In this document: positions 51,579-62,252 of the stretch, in pieces
Numbering within the stretch: the first letter of the stretch is position 1
Layout: each line of letters starts with the position of its first letter
DNA from: Prochlorococcus sp. AG-676-P15-1
GTDB taxonomy: Bacteria > Cyanobacteriota > Cyanobacteriia > PCC-6307 > Cyanobiaceae
Reading direction: 5' to 3'
Length of the DNA stretch: 64,000 nucleotides
NCBI GenBank assembly: GCA_003210825.1
Contig: QCUF01000002.1
Location: 2,285-66,284 of the forward strand
Translations under genes and position numbers: made by a program
The notes under the pieces: generated by a model
The model's database searches: none
The model's input: the letters and a program-made list of their open reading frames with translations, nothing else
Told to the model about the DNA's origin: nothing

Positions 51579-52806
51579 CTTTCCCTTTAATTATATTATT
51601 TTTCTTTGGAAAATTTGAAGGAGAATCATAACCTAAATTAATTTGATTATTTAGCCATTTTGTATCAGGGTCATATATTAGCCATCTTTTACTACCTATA
51701 GATAATTTCTCTTGCATTATTCCTAATAAATCTGAGGGATTAAAACTTAAATATTTCCAAAGCTTTGGGATTGGCCAATCTCTTTTGTGTACGAATTCTT
51801 CCCACAATAACGGCAAAACTAATTCAAAAGAGCTTATCCCTGCGGGTCTATCATTTATAGGAATAAATGTATTTTCATCGTTTAAAGCCTTTGAGTTCAC
51901 CGCAATCGCTTCAATTAAATCATTTTCTAAAGCTTTTATTAATAATTCTCTATTTTCTTTAGAGCCCAAAGGGGGATCTACTTTCCACCCAAGATCATTT
52001 AACTCGAGATTATCGGTATCTGCTAATAAGCTCCACCAACTTATTGTTTTTGGAATTGGAATAGCCTGCTTTTCTATTTCTTTAAGAGAATTTGAATCTG
52101 AGATATTTTTAATTAATATATTTTTATCTGGGAAAATATTTTTGATTCCTAAAATATTTTTGACTTCTGAAACTTCATTATTATTCTCAATAATGTAAAA
52201 TCCCGATTGTAATGATTTTATGTCCTTGTTTATAATGCCTTTATATAATGAATTTTGTTTTGTTAAAGAAAATAATATTGGTGATGAATTTACTGCATCC
52301 AAAGAAAGACCTTTAAAAATGATTGATGTATCAAAAAAGTTGCTAGTAGAAAGGCCTATTGAACCTGATTTTAAAAGTTCGTCATGAGGAGATAGATTTT
52401 TGCCTTCATCTCCCAAGCTAAAACTTCCCCAAAAATAAATATTTAAATCAAAATCATTATTTTTCTGAAAGGGTATTTTTTCAGGATTATCCCTCCAGTT
52501 GTTACTATTCGGAAGTAAAGCAATCGTACCAAAACCTGATTTCTTTGCTCTAAACTTTAAATTTTCTAGGTTATCATCAAGACCTGTTAAGGGATCTTCT
52601 AAAAATGAGTGAATATCAACCAGCATTGGAGCTAATATTTTATTAGCAGATTTCGAAATTTTAATATTCTTCTTTAACGCCTCCTCTTTAGCTTTATTAC
52701 CAAATGCTTCTATTTTGCCATCGATAATTAACAAAGCATCTTTAATCACTGTTTCATTGGAGCTCATCAAAATGTTAATATTTTCAAAAAAAAAGCTTTT
52801 CTTCAT
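51553..52806 (-). CDS. Dihydroorotase-like protein, probably catalytically inactive (PyrC'-like)
   Basis: Amidohydrolase scaffold (APMLVDIH, GFGT..LLP, KVDPPLG, AGISSFEL.LP, NPS.LLG) lacking the HxH and DHAPH residues. Confidence 0.8.
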   Translation of the reverse strand: MKKSFFFENINILMSSNETVIKDALLIIDGKIEAFGNKAKEEALKKNIKISKSANKILAPMLVDIHSFLEDPLTGLDDNLENLKFRAKKSGFGTIALLPNSNNWRDNPEKIPFQKNNDFDLNIYFWGSFSLGDEGKNLSPHDELLKSGSIGLSTSNFFDTSIIFKGLSLDAVNSSPILFSLTKQNSLYKGIINKDIKSLQSGFYIIENNNEVSEVKNILGIKNIFPDKNILIKNISDSNSLKEIEKQAIPIPKTISWWSLLADTDNLELNDLGWKVDPPLGSKENRELLIKALENDLIEAIAVNSKALNDENTFIPINDRPAGISSFELVLPLLWEEFVHKRDWPIPKLWKYLSFNPSDLLGIMQEKLSIGSKRWLIYDPDTKWLNNQINLGYDSPSNFPKKNNIIKGKVIHVGLDF

Positions 52807-52808
52807 TT

Positions 52809-54137
52809 TTAAAGAGCCCCGGAAGCCGTTGAATCCAATATCCCGCCAAGATGTGTCGTAATATTAAGAGCACTAATTACATTATCTTTTTGAGGATCAT
52901 TAAAGATATCAATAATAGTGATACCTCCATTACCTTGCTTTATCATCCAGATATTTGAAAAATCAATTCCTAACAAGTTACAGATCAGGGTTTTATTGAC
53001 TGCATCATGGGCTACTAACAAAGTTAAATCTTTATTTTTTTGAGCTAAACATATTTCTTCCCAAGCCTTAATCGATCTTTCAGATACTTCTTTAATACTC
53101 TCGCCTTCGGGCATTAAAACCTCTTCAGGTTTTTCATGCCAATTTTTAAGTAATTCTGGCCATTGTTTCTTGATTTCATTTTCTAATTTTCCTTCCCATA
53201 ATCCATGGCTTATTTCTACTAATTTTTCAATCTTTTTTATTTCTAACTCTGTCTTATTCTGAAGAATAATTTGTGCTGTTTCATATGGTCTATCCATTGC
53301 ACTTGAAAAAGCTTTATTGAAGTTAATTTCTTCTAAATATTTAGAGGCCTTTTCCGCCTGATCTTTCCCATTATTATTTAAAGGAATATTTATTTGCCCT
53401 TGGAATCGACCCTCTTTATTCCAGTTGGTTTCACCATGCCTAACTAAAAATATTCTTGAGTCTCCAATCTGATCAGGAATTCTTTTATTTAGATGTGAGG
53501 TTTGATTTAAACATTCAATTTGTGTTTTATATGAATTTCTTTGCTTCACAATATTAAGAATTGAAAAAGAGGCATTATCTAACTTTATTTTTCTAAAACC
53601 TTTTTCAGGTCTTCCAATTAATAATAGAATTAAACATCTTAAAATTGCATTATGACCAACTATTAAAATGTTTGCCTCTTCTTTTTGTAAATAGATTTTT
53701 AAAATATCTTCAATAAATTCATTTGCCTGCTCATATAATTCTTTAATTGGTTGATACGTTAAATTATTAATACTCTCTAACTTTAAATTTTCAGGATCAT
53801 TTTTCCAAACAAAATACTCTTCTGGATACTTGTTTTTTATTTCATTAATAGTTAAACCAGACCATGAACCAAGATCTACCTCTAATAAATTTTTATCGTA
53901 AATAATATTATTTTCTCCTTTTAAGTTTTTCTGAATTGACTTTGCCGTCTCTGCTGCTCTTACAAGTGGAGATGAATAGATCTGGTCGAAACTAATCCCT
54001 GATAATGACTCTCCCGATTTAAGTGCCTGTTCGTAACCCAGTTCGGTTAGATATGAATTATCTGTCCTACCTTGAACTAAGCCTTTTTCATTAAAACTGC
54101 TAAGCCCGTGTCTTACTAAAACTAATCTAACGCTCAT
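52809..54137 (-). CDS. Tandem-domain histidine phosphatase (phosphoglycerate mutase-like; possible phosphoserine phosphatase)
   Basis: Two RHG domains (LVRHGLS..N..G..QG; LVRHGETNWN..GRFQG), each with a later His (VGHNA; VAHDA). Confidence 0.88.
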   Translation of the reverse strand: MSVRLVLVRHGLSSFNEKGLVQGRTDNSYLTELGYEQALKSGESLSGISFDQIYSSPLVRAAETAKSIQKNLKGENNIIYDKNLLEVDLGSWSGLTINEIKNKYPEEYFVWKNDPENLKLESINNLTYQPIKELYEQANEFIEDILKIYLQKEEANILIVGHNAILRCLILLLIGRPEKGFRKIKLDNASFSILNIVKQRNSYKTQIECLNQTSHLNKRIPDQIGDSRIFLVRHGETNWNKEGRFQGQINIPLNNNGKDQAEKASKYLEEINFNKAFSSAMDRPYETAQIILQNKTELEIKKIEKLVEISHGLWEGKLENEIKKQWPELLKNWHEKPEEVLMPEGESIKEVSERSIKAWEEICLAQKNKDLTLLVAHDAVNKTLICNLLGIDFSNIWMIKQGNGGITIIDIFNDPQKDNVISALNITTHLGGILDSTASGAL

Positions 54138-54254
54138 TATATAATTTTAAAATTATAGTATTTTTATCATCTCATGGCGTGATAAAAATTAGTACATGAT
54201 TATTAGAAATTTCAATGAAAACTAAATTAAGTTTTATGTTTTATTATTAAATAC

Positions 54255-55613
54255 ATGAATAAAAATATTTCTAAGACAAAACTATTTATAGCTTTTATTT
54301 CTCTAATCATAACTTTTTTTGTTTGGCAACAAGGGCTTAGAGATAGTCTCAATCGCCCATCAGTTAACTTAGATATTAGTCAAAAAGAAAAAGAAATTGC
54401 GGAATTAGCTTTGCCTGCGGTACCAACTAATTTAAGAAACCTTCTTATTAATAATGATCCAATTGAAGAGATTAAGAATTCCCTTTCTGAGATTTCTTTT
54501 GAAGAATTAACAGAAAGAAATAAGTTAATTTGGATAATTGCTTCAAAGAATAATGAGATAAATTTAAAAAAAGAATACTCCAATAGCTTTGACAATAAAA
54601 ATTATAAATTAGTAATAGAAAATTTAAGTAAAAGTAATCTTGATAATTTATATAAGCCTAATGATGATTTACTAGATTTATTTAAAGAGGACAGATTTAT
54701 ATACCACTTGTTGAGCAAAAGATTTTCTTTTGATGAGAGGCAAGTGATAACAAATTCACTTTCAAAAAAAATGTTTTTAAAAATAATAGCTATTAGATTA
54801 ATACCTCTTTTAACAGTAGTCTTTGGCTCTTTACTAGTTCTTAGAACATTATGGAGTGTGATAGCTTCAAGAAAAATTGAATGGAAAGAATTTAAACCCT
54901 TAGATTTAGATTTGTTAGATATGGTTTTATTGATATCAGGGGGATTTGTTGTTTTAGGAGAAGTCATTTCGCCCTTATTTTCAATTACTTTAGTTGAATT
55001 AGTAGCCTCTAATCTATCAATCGAATTAACACAATCATTAAAAATATTTTTTGGCTATTTATTTATGGCAATTCCCCCTCTATTGATTATTTATTATCAA
55101 ATAAAATCTTTTGAAAATAAATTTATTTTACAAAAAGATTATTTTCAATTCAATTTTTTACCGATAAAAGATTCTTCTTTTCAGGGATTTAAGGGTTTTC
55201 TAATGATAATTCCTTTTGTTTTACTTGTTTCATTAATTATGAATCTTTTAGTTGATAATCAAAATGGAAGTAATCCATTACTTGAGATCGTTTTAAATAG
55301 TAATAATTATGTTTCATTTGTACTTTTATTTTTAACAACTACATTTTTAGCCCCCATATTTGAGGAGGTTATTTTCAGAGGCGTTTTACTCCCAGTTTTA
55401 TCTAGAGAATTTGGAATAATTTTAGGTATTACAATCTCTGCTTTTATTTTTGCCTTGGCACATTTGAGTATCAGTGAAATGATCCCATTGTTTACCTTGG
55501 GTATAGGTCTGGGAACTACAAGACTTATATCAGGAAGATTAGCCTCTTCCGTGATTATGCATTCTTTATGGAATGGAATGACCTTTTTGAATTTGTTTCT
55601 TTTGAGAACATAA
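54255..55613 (+). CDS. CPBP (CAAX/Abi) family intramembrane metalloprotease
   Basis: APIFEEVIFRG, FALAH, HSLWN motifs. Confidence 0.9.
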   Translation: MNKNISKTKLFIAFISLIITFFVWQQGLRDSLNRPSVNLDISQKEKEIAELALPAVPTNLRNLLINNDPIEEIKNSLSEISFEELTERNKLIWIIASKNNEINLKKEYSNSFDNKNYKLVIENLSKSNLDNLYKPNDDLLDLFKEDRFIYHLLSKRFSFDERQVITNSLSKKMFLKIIAIRLIPLLTVVFGSLLVLRTLWSVIASRKIEWKEFKPLDLDLLDMVLLISGGFVVLGEVISPLFSITLVELVASNLSIELTQSLKIFFGYLFMAIPPLLIIYYQIKSFENKFILQKDYFQFNFLPIKDSSFQGFKGFLMIIPFVLLVSLIMNLLVDNQNGSNPLLEIVLNSNNYVSFVLLFLTTTFLAPIFEEVIFRGVLLPVLSREFGIILGITISAFIFALAHLSISEMIPLFTLGIGLGTTRLISGRLASSVIMHSLWNGMTFLNLFLLRT

Positions 55614-55698
55614 AGATTTAGCCATATCACTTGCGCATTAATTTAAAAAATGTTTATTTGATTTATAACACTTTTTATATTTCTAAAAATACTAAGAG

Positions 55699-56127
55699 AT
55701 GAATATAAATAAGAATGAAAATTCTTTAATAAATGAGTACGACACTAACAAAATAACTTCAAAAAAAATAAAATTATTTAATTTAAAATTTATTCACAGA
55801 ATATTTGATAGCTTAAATATTTCCTTGTTAATTTTGATCATTACCTTATCTTTTATTTCTTTTAATAGTCAAAGAAAATGGACAACTATATATAAAAATT
55901 TAGCCAAAACAAGAGTAAATAATAATAATCTTATAGATTATATTTCTAAGATTGAAGAGTTTTATATTGATGAAATTGAGTCCCTTAATAGTTTAAAAAA
56001 AACAACTCCAAAAGATTTAATTTACCTTGATAAGCAAATTACTAATAAGAAAAGAAATAATTTAAATAAAAAAATAAAGCATATTAAAAATGGATTAAAA
56101 GATAGTAAATTTAAAATAGGTTATTAA
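55699..56127 (+). CDS. Hypothetical bitopic protein, FtsL-like by position and topology
   Basis: Cytoplasmic N-terminus, one TM, then coiled coil; stop/start overlap (TAATG) with ftsI. Confidence 0.55.
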   Translation: MNINKNENSLINEYDTNKITSKKIKLFNLKFIHRIFDSLNISLLILIITLSFISFNSQRKWTTIYKNLAKTRVNNNNLIDYISKIEEFYIDEIESLNSLKKTTPKDLIYLDKQITNKKRNNLNKKIKHIKNGLKDSKFKIGY

Positions 56128-57878
56128 TGAAAAAACGGAAGAAAATTGTACATCTAATACCTCTAGAAGCTCTAAGGTTTAAGGTGACTTATATATTTTG
56201 TTTATTAATAATTTTCGGGTTATTTGGTAGGTTAGTAAATTTACAAGTTTTTAGTGCCTCTGACTTACAAAAGAAAGCGAGATTAATACAACTCACGAAG
56301 ATTAGTTCTTTAATTAAGAGGAGATCAATTGTAGATAGAAATAATAGATTGATTGCTTATGATAAACCTCTTTACAAATTATGGGCTCATCCTAAATACT
56401 TTAACTTTCCTGGGGATTCAATTAATAGATTAAGAACTGTTGGTGAAGTGGTTAATAAATTGACGCCAATTTTAAATGTAAAAGATGAATTTCTTTTATC
56501 AAAATTTGAAAATAAAATGATAGGGATTGAATTGCTGGATGAAATAACAGAGAATCAAGCAAAAAAGATTAAAAACCTTCATATAAGCGGTCTGGATCTA
56601 GTTAAATATTCCCAAAGATATTATCCTCAACGTAATTTATATTCAAATCTTATTGGTTTTGTTAATCATGAGAATAAAGGTTCAGCTGGTTTAGAACTGC
56701 ATTTGGATAAGCAAATAAAAGTACTTAACAAAAGTAATTTGATAAAGAAAGGGGGAGATGGGACTCCTCTTCCAGATAATTCGGGCCCAACAGATTTTAT
56801 TAATGACTACAAAAGTTTAGGTCTAACAATAGATTCAAGATTACAGAAAGCAACTTTTAAAGCTTTAAGTAAACAGGTAATTAAGTGGAATGCAAAGAAA
56901 GGCTTTGCGATTGTAATGAATGTAAATAACGGAGAGATCTTATCTTTAGCATCAATCCCATCTTATGATCCAAATAAATATTGGGATTATGATTCTGATG
57001 TCTTTAGAGGCTGGTATTCGCAAGATTTATTCGAACCTGGTTCAACTTTTAAACCAATAAATCTAGCATTAGCATTGGAAGAAAAAATAATCCAAAAAGA
57101 TGGTTTAGTTGAAGATAGTGGGAAGGTAAATGTCGGAGGATGGAGTCTTTCAAATTGGGATAAAAAAGGAAATGGCTATATTGATTATCCGAAAGTCTTA
57201 CAAGTTTCAAGTAATGTAGGGATGGTAAAAATAATGCAAAATTTACCACCTAAAACTTATTGGAATTGGCTGAATAAATTAGGGATTAATAAAAGTCTTG
57301 AGACGGATTTATTTGAATCTACAGCTGGTCATTTAAAGTCAAAAGAAATTTTTATCAATCAGTCAATTGAGCCAGCAGTAGCATCTTTTGGAAAGGGATT
57401 TTCTATTTCCCCTTTGAAATTAGCTCAACTTCACGCTGTTTTAGCTAATGGAGGGAGTGACGTAACTCCTCATGTTACTTTAAACTTTAAAGCTCACCTT
57501 AAAAATAATTATCCAAAAGAAATCTTTTCTAATGAGGTATCAAGAACCGTTCTTGAGTGGATGGAAAGTGTTGTTGATAATGGCAGTGGAAATGGAGCAA
57601 AAATTGATGGTTATAGAATTGGAGGTAAAACTGGAACTTCTCATAAGGCAGTTAAAGGAGTTTATACTAAAAAAAAGGTCTGTAGTTTTGTAGCTACTTT
57701 TCCTGTTAATAAACCAAAGTATATTGTCCTTGTGGTTATTGACGAACCTTCTAAAGCATATGCTTATGGTTCAACAGTTGCGGTTCCAATTGCAAAAGAA
57801 ATTATAGAAAGCCTAATTGTTATTGAAAAAATACCGCCCCAAATTAAAGAAAATAGAAAAATTGTTAAAAAACCCTGA
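56127..57878 (+). CDS. ftsI: Class B penicillin-binding protein (peptidoglycan transpeptidase)
   Basis: R..IVDRN, RYYP, GLE, EPGSTFK (SxxK), SSN (SxN), KTGT. Confidence 0.92.
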   Translation: MKKRKKIVHLIPLEALRFKVTYIFCLLIIFGLFGRLVNLQVFSASDLQKKARLIQLTKISSLIKRRSIVDRNNRLIAYDKPLYKLWAHPKYFNFPGDSINRLRTVGEVVNKLTPILNVKDEFLLSKFENKMIGIELLDEITENQAKKIKNLHISGLDLVKYSQRYYPQRNLYSNLIGFVNHENKGSAGLELHLDKQIKVLNKSNLIKKGGDGTPLPDNSGPTDFINDYKSLGLTIDSRLQKATFKALSKQVIKWNAKKGFAIVMNVNNGEILSLASIPSYDPNKYWDYDSDVFRGWYSQDLFEPGSTFKPINLALALEEKIIQKDGLVEDSGKVNVGGWSLSNWDKKGNGYIDYPKVLQVSSNVGMVKIMQNLPPKTYWNWLNKLGINKSLETDLFESTAGHLKSKEIFINQSIEPAVASFGKGFSISPLKLAQLHAVLANGGSDVTPHVTLNFKAHLKNNYPKEIFSNEVSRTVLEWMESVVDNGSGNGAKIDGYRIGGKTGTSHKAVKGVYTKKKVCSFVATFPVNKPKYIVLVVIDEPSKAYAYGSTVAVPIAKEIIESLIVIEKIPPQIKENRKIVKKP

Positions 57879-57969
57879 AATTATTACTGCTTTTTAATTA
57901 ATTAGTTCGTTATTTAATGATTTCATTTGAAATTGAAGCTATCGTATAAAAATATATGGTTATCTAAAA

Positions 57970-58971
57970 ATGAAATCAATTTTAGAACAGTTATCTTCTA
58001 TTACTGTTGTCGTTGCTGATACTGGAGATTTAGATGCGATTAAAAAGTTTCAACCAAGAGATGCCACTACTAATCCATCACTAATATTGGCTGCGGCTAA
58101 GAATCCTGATTACATAAAATTAATAGATCAAGCTTTAGAAAGCTCAAGAAAATCTCTTCCTGATGACTTTTCTGAAAGTGAATTAATTAAAGAGAGTATT
58201 GATCAAGTCTCTGTATTTTTTGGCAAGGAGATTCTTAACCTTATTTCTGGAAGAGTATCTACAGAAGTTGATGCACGACTAAGTTTTGATACTGAAGCAA
58301 CTGTTAGAAAAGCGAGAAAGTTAATAAATCACTATAAAAGTTTTGGAATAGATAAAGAAAGAATTTTGATTAAGATAGCTTCAACTTGGGAAGGAATTAA
58401 GGCAGCTGAAATTTTAGAAAAAGAAGGTATTAAATGTAATTTGACTTTACTTTTTAACTTCTGCCAAGCCGTAGCATGTGCGAATGCAAAAATCACCTTA
58501 ATCTCCCCTTTTGTTGGACGAATCTTGGATTGGCATAAGGCAAAAACTGGCAAAGAAAATTTTCCAGGGTATGAAGATCCAGGTGTTATATCAGTAACCA
58601 AAATCTACAATTATTTTAAAGAAAAAGGATTTAAAACTGAAGTAATGGGTGCAAGCTTTAGAAATGTAGAGGAAATTAAAGAATTAGCAGGTTGTGACCT
58701 CCTAACAATTGCGCCAAAGTTTTTAGATGAACTAAATAAAGAAGAAGGAGAGTTAATTAAAAAATTAGATGAAGATACTCAATCCAATAGTTCTATTGAC
58801 TATAAATTTGATGAAAAAGACTTCAGATTAAGTATGTTAGAGGATCAAATGGCAAGTGAGAAACTTAGTGAAGGCATAACAGGCTTTAGCAAAGCAATTG
58901 AAGAATTAGAAGAGTTATTATTAAAAAGACTCTCAGAAATTAATAATCAAAAATTAATTCCGACAACTTAA
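57970..58971 (+). CDS. tal: Transaldolase
   Basis: [61 protein letters not shown]. Confidence 0.97.
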   Translation: MKSILEQLSSITVVVADTGDLDAIKKFQPRDATTNPSLILAAAKNPDYIKLIDQALESSRKSLPDDFSESELIKESIDQVSVFFGKEILNLISGRVSTEVDARLSFDTEATVRKARKLINHYKSFGIDKERILIKIASTWEGIKAAEILEKEGIKCNLTLLFNFCQAVACANAKITLISPFVGRILDWHKAKTGKENFPGYEDPGVISVTKIYNYFKEKGFKTEVMGASFRNVEEIKELAGCDLLTIAPKFLDELNKEEGELIKKLDEDTQSNSSIDYKFDEKDFRLSMLEDQMASEKLSEGITGFSKAIEELEELLLKRLSEINNQKLIPTT

Positions 58972-58997
58972 ATTTAATTTTTTATAAATAAATAAAA

Positions 58998-60131
58998 TTA
59001 ATCTTTGCTTTTGGTTAGAAGTCTCTTGATAACTCTTATCGCGATGTCTTCATAATTCATTTGACCAGATAATATTTGAGCAATTCGTTGAGGGGCTGTT
59101 TTCCTTTTGATACCTAATTGATAGCCGGTTCTTGGGAATCTATAAAAGATTTGAGCAATTCTCTTTCCCCATGCCATGGATTTTCCCCATTCATTATTAA
59201 TGTTTGTTGAATAATTATTTAAATCATTATTATTTCTGGACAAACAATCGTCAATACTTTCTGCAGCAAAATAACTACTAATTAGAGAAGGTCTAATACC
59301 TTCGGCCAAAAACGGATCGCAAAGTGAGGCTGCATCCCCCACCGCAATTACTCTATCTCCATTGAGCTTGTTTAGACCATTCCAAATTCTTAGTTTTTTA
59401 TGAACCACGTTAAAAGATAAATCTTCAAATCCGAAACTTTTTATTACTTTGTTATTGAGGTCTTTATTTTCTAGAAGTTTATTGTTTATAAAAGTGCCTA
59501 AGCCAATATTGACACTGTCTTTTAAAGGGAATGCCCAAGCAAATCCATATTTAACAAATCCAAACTCAAATCTAACTGAATCTTTAGGAATATTCCCTAA
59601 TCCTTTTAACCTCAAGGCGATAGTGTTGGCAAATTTTGGCTTTCTTGGACCTAAGTTGAAATATCCAGCCCATTTAGATTGTGAACCGTCGGCGATAACA
59701 AGAAATTTAGATTTATATGTAACTTTATTGCTGCATTTTATTATCCAATTCTTATTTTGCCGTGTTATTTTTTCGACCTGTACTGGTCTTAATATCTCAC
59801 CGCCATATTTTATAGCTTCATCAAGTAATAATTTATCTAATTTTTCTCTTCTAATTATCCAAAAAGGTGATTCACCACTAAGGTCGGCAACAACATTATC
59901 AGATGACTCCCATCTGAATTCAACATTCCTGATTTTAGATTCTATTGATTCATCTATATCTAATGGGAGATATTTTTTCATAGAGGATGCCATCCCACCT
60001 GCACAGGGCTTTATATTTCCTGATGCCTCCTTCTCTATAATTAAAACTGAATAGCCTTTTTTTGATAAGTTAAGTGCTGTAGAAGATCCTGAGAGACCTC
60101 CTCCAATAATTATAGTGTCGAATTCCTTCAA
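58998..60131 (-). CDS. Geranylgeranyl-reductase-family FAD-dependent oxidoreductase
   Basis: [32 protein letters not shown]....PF.AEGI. Confidence 0.85.
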   Translation of the reverse strand: MKEFDTIIIGGGLSGSSTALNLSKKGYSVLIIEKEASGNIKPCAGGMASSMKKYLPLDIDESIESKIRNVEFRWESSDNVVADLSGESPFWIIRREKLDKLLLDEAIKYGGEILRPVQVEKITRQNKNWIIKCSNKVTYKSKFLVIADGSQSKWAGYFNLGPRKPKFANTIALRLKGLGNIPKDSVRFEFGFVKYGFAWAFPLKDSVNIGLGTFINNKLLENKDLNNKVIKSFGFEDLSFNVVHKKLRIWNGLNKLNGDRVIAVGDAASLCDPFLAEGIRPSLISSYFAAESIDDCLSRNNNDLNNYSTNINNEWGKSMAWGKRIAQIFYRFPRTGYQLGIKRKTAPQRIAQILSGQMNYEDIAIRVIKRLLTKSKD

Positions 60132-60676
60132 ACTTTAAGAATCTCTTTCTCCTTTTCACATAATTTAGTTTCTATTAAAGAAATATATTTGTCAGTAAAT
60201 TTTTGTATCTCTAATTGATTATCTCTTGATACATCTTTTGATATTAAACCTTCTTTCTCATCTTTTTTCTCTTTGTCAACAGCATCCCTTCTAATATTTC
60301 TTAGCGCTACTTTACCTTCCTCTGCATATTTAGAAGCTAACTTACAAAACTCTTTTCTTCTTTCTTCAGTTAATGGTGGGACATTTATTCTTATTACCTT
60401 CCCATCATTGTTGGGGGTGATACCTAAATCACTAACTGAGATTGCTTTTTCAATAGTTTGTAGGGAAGAAATATCAAATGGTTGTATTGAAATTGTTTGT
60501 GAATCGATAGTTGCTATTGAGGCAAGTGATTTGATGGGGGTTTCCGCTCCATAATATTCAACACTTATTCTGTCTAATAATGATGCGTTAGCCCTCCCCG
60601 TCCTAATGGTATTAAAGTTTCTTTGGGTGGCTTCAACACTTTTGTTCATACTAGATTGAATTTCTTGTTCTTTCAT
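60128..60676 (-). CDS. frr: Ribosome recycling factor
   Basis: [37 protein letters not shown]. Confidence 0.98.
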   Translation of the reverse strand: MKEQEIQSSMNKSVEATQRNFNTIRTGRANASLLDRISVEYYGAETPIKSLASIATIDSQTISIQPFDISSLQTIEKAISVSDLGITPNNDGKVIRINVPPLTEERRKEFCKLASKYAEEGKVALRNIRRDAVDKEKKDEKEGLISKDVSRDNQLEIQKFTDKYISLIETKLCEKEKEILKV

Positions 60677-60704
60677 AATTAGAAATAATTAACTTAAATA
60701 AGTT

Positions 60705-61409
60705 TTAACTTATTAAAGAGCCTATAGACTCTCCGGCAACAGCTCTGGAGATATTACCTTTTTTAAAAATATCAAAAACCATAATTGGAATATTATTATC
60801 TTTGCATAGGGCAATAGCAGTACTGTCCATCACAGCGATTTCATCACTAAGAACTTGTTGATAAGTTAGAGAAGAATACTTTTTTGCTTCTTTAAATTTA
60901 TTAGGATCACAATCATAAACCCCGTCAACTTTTGTCGCCTTCATAACAACTTCAGCATTTATTTCGGCGGCCCTCAAAGCGGCAGTAGTATCTGTAGTGA
61001 AAAATGGATTTCCACAACCACCACCAAAAACTACAACTCTTCCCTTCTCTAAATGTCTCATTGCTCTTCTCCTGATATAAGGTTCAGCAATTTCTTGCAT
61101 CTCTATAGCTGTTTGTACTCTAGTTTCAACCCCAACCCTCTCTAATCCATCTTGAAGGGAAATAGCATTCATCACTGTTGCTAACATTCCGACATAATCA
61201 GCTGTAGCTCTGTCCATGCCATCAGCAGAACCTTTTAATCCTCTAAATATGTTCCCCCCCCCAACAACTATTGCAAGTTGAACTTTATTTGAGATTACCC
61301 TCTCAACATCTTCAGCTATTGATTGAACTATCGCAGGGTCTATACCGTATGGTTTATCTCCCATTAGTGCTTCACCACTAAGCTTTAAAAGTACTCTATT
61401 GTAAGTCAT
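60705..61409 (-). CDS. pyrH: Uridylate kinase
   Basis: [49 protein letters not shown]. Confidence 0.98.
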   Translation of the reverse strand: MTYNRVLLKLSGEALMGDKPYGIDPAIVQSIAEDVERVISNKVQLAIVVGGGNIFRGLKGSADGMDRATADYVGMLATVMNAISLQDGLERVGVETRVQTAIEMQEIAEPYIRRRAMRHLEKGRVVVFGGGCGNPFFTTDTTAALRAAEINAEVVMKATKVDGVYDCDPNKFKEAKKYSSLTYQQVLSDEIAVMDSTAIALCKDNNIPIMVFDIFKKGNISRAVAGESIGSLIS

Positions 61410-61536
61410 TCAATAATCATGCTTTTATGACTTTAGCAAGTAAATATACAGAATTTCTTTTTTAGGCTAATAATACTTCCGTCTTTAAACAATTCTCAAT
61501 CGAAAACCAGAAAAACAAATAAGATTTCTCTATAAT

Positions 61537-62232
61537 TTAAAATTCCACACATGCTTGAGCTTTTATTCCTTGTTCTTTAAAAGGATGCTTAATTAAATTC
61601 ATCTCTGTTACCAGATCAGCTTGATTAATGATTGATTCGGAAGCTCCTCTTCCAGTTAAAACTATGTGATTTTTTCTATTATTCAGACTTTTTATAAAAT
61701 TAATTATTTCTTCTGAAGAAAGATATCCAAGTTTAGTTGCGATATTTATTTCATCAAGGATTATAAGTTTATATGAATCATCTGTGATGAATCTCTTAGC
61801 AATTTGCCAAGCTTCTTTAACTAATTCTTCATCCCTTACTCTATCTTGTGTTTCCCAAGTAAATCCCTCTCCTAATGCATGCCATGAGATATTTGATGAT
61901 AAATTTTTAAGAGCTTTTTCTTCACCAGTTGTCCAACCACCTTTAATAAATTGAATAATTGCCACTTTATGACCATGCCCAATAGTTCTCAACGCCATTC
62001 CTAAAGAGGCAGTTGTTTTCCCTTTCCCATTTCCAGTAAAAACAATTAATAAACCTTTTTTTGTCTTCCTTATTTGTAATCTCTTTGATTGAACTTCTTT
62101 TCTTTTTTGCATTCTTTTTTTATAAAGACTCTCATCTTTCTCAGGAGATAAATTGCCTCCTATACCAAGTTCTTTAGCCTGAATATCAAGACTAGTTAAA
62201 TTCCTTGTAGAGGGTTGTGTCTCATCAGCCAT
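61537..62232 (-). CDS. cobO: Cob(I)yrinic acid a,c-diamide adenosyltransferase
   Basis: TGNGKGKTTA, QFIKG, GEGFTW, ILDE, VLTGR, ADLVTEM..IKHPF..G. Confidence 0.95.
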   Translation of the reverse strand: MADETQPSTRNLTSLDIQAKELGIGGNLSPEKDESLYKKRMQKRKEVQSKRLQIRKTKKGLLIVFTGNGKGKTTASLGMALRTIGHGHKVAIIQFIKGGWTTGEEKALKNLSSNISWHALGEGFTWETQDRVRDEELVKEAWQIAKRFITDDSYKLIILDEINIATKLGYLSSEEIINFIKSLNNRKNHIVLTGRGASESIINQADLVTEMNLIKHPFKEQGIKAQACVEF

Positions 62233-62252
62233 AAAATAACTTTTTACTAAGA

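Noticed and set aside
54255-55613. 'Abi' family label suggesting anti-phage defence
   Set aside because: Motifs are those of housekeeping CPBP intramembrane proteases, with no defence-island context.
59449-60054. 201-aa + strand ORF
   Set aside because: Entirely antisense to the oxidoreductase and frame-locked to it, with no motifs: a shadow ORF.
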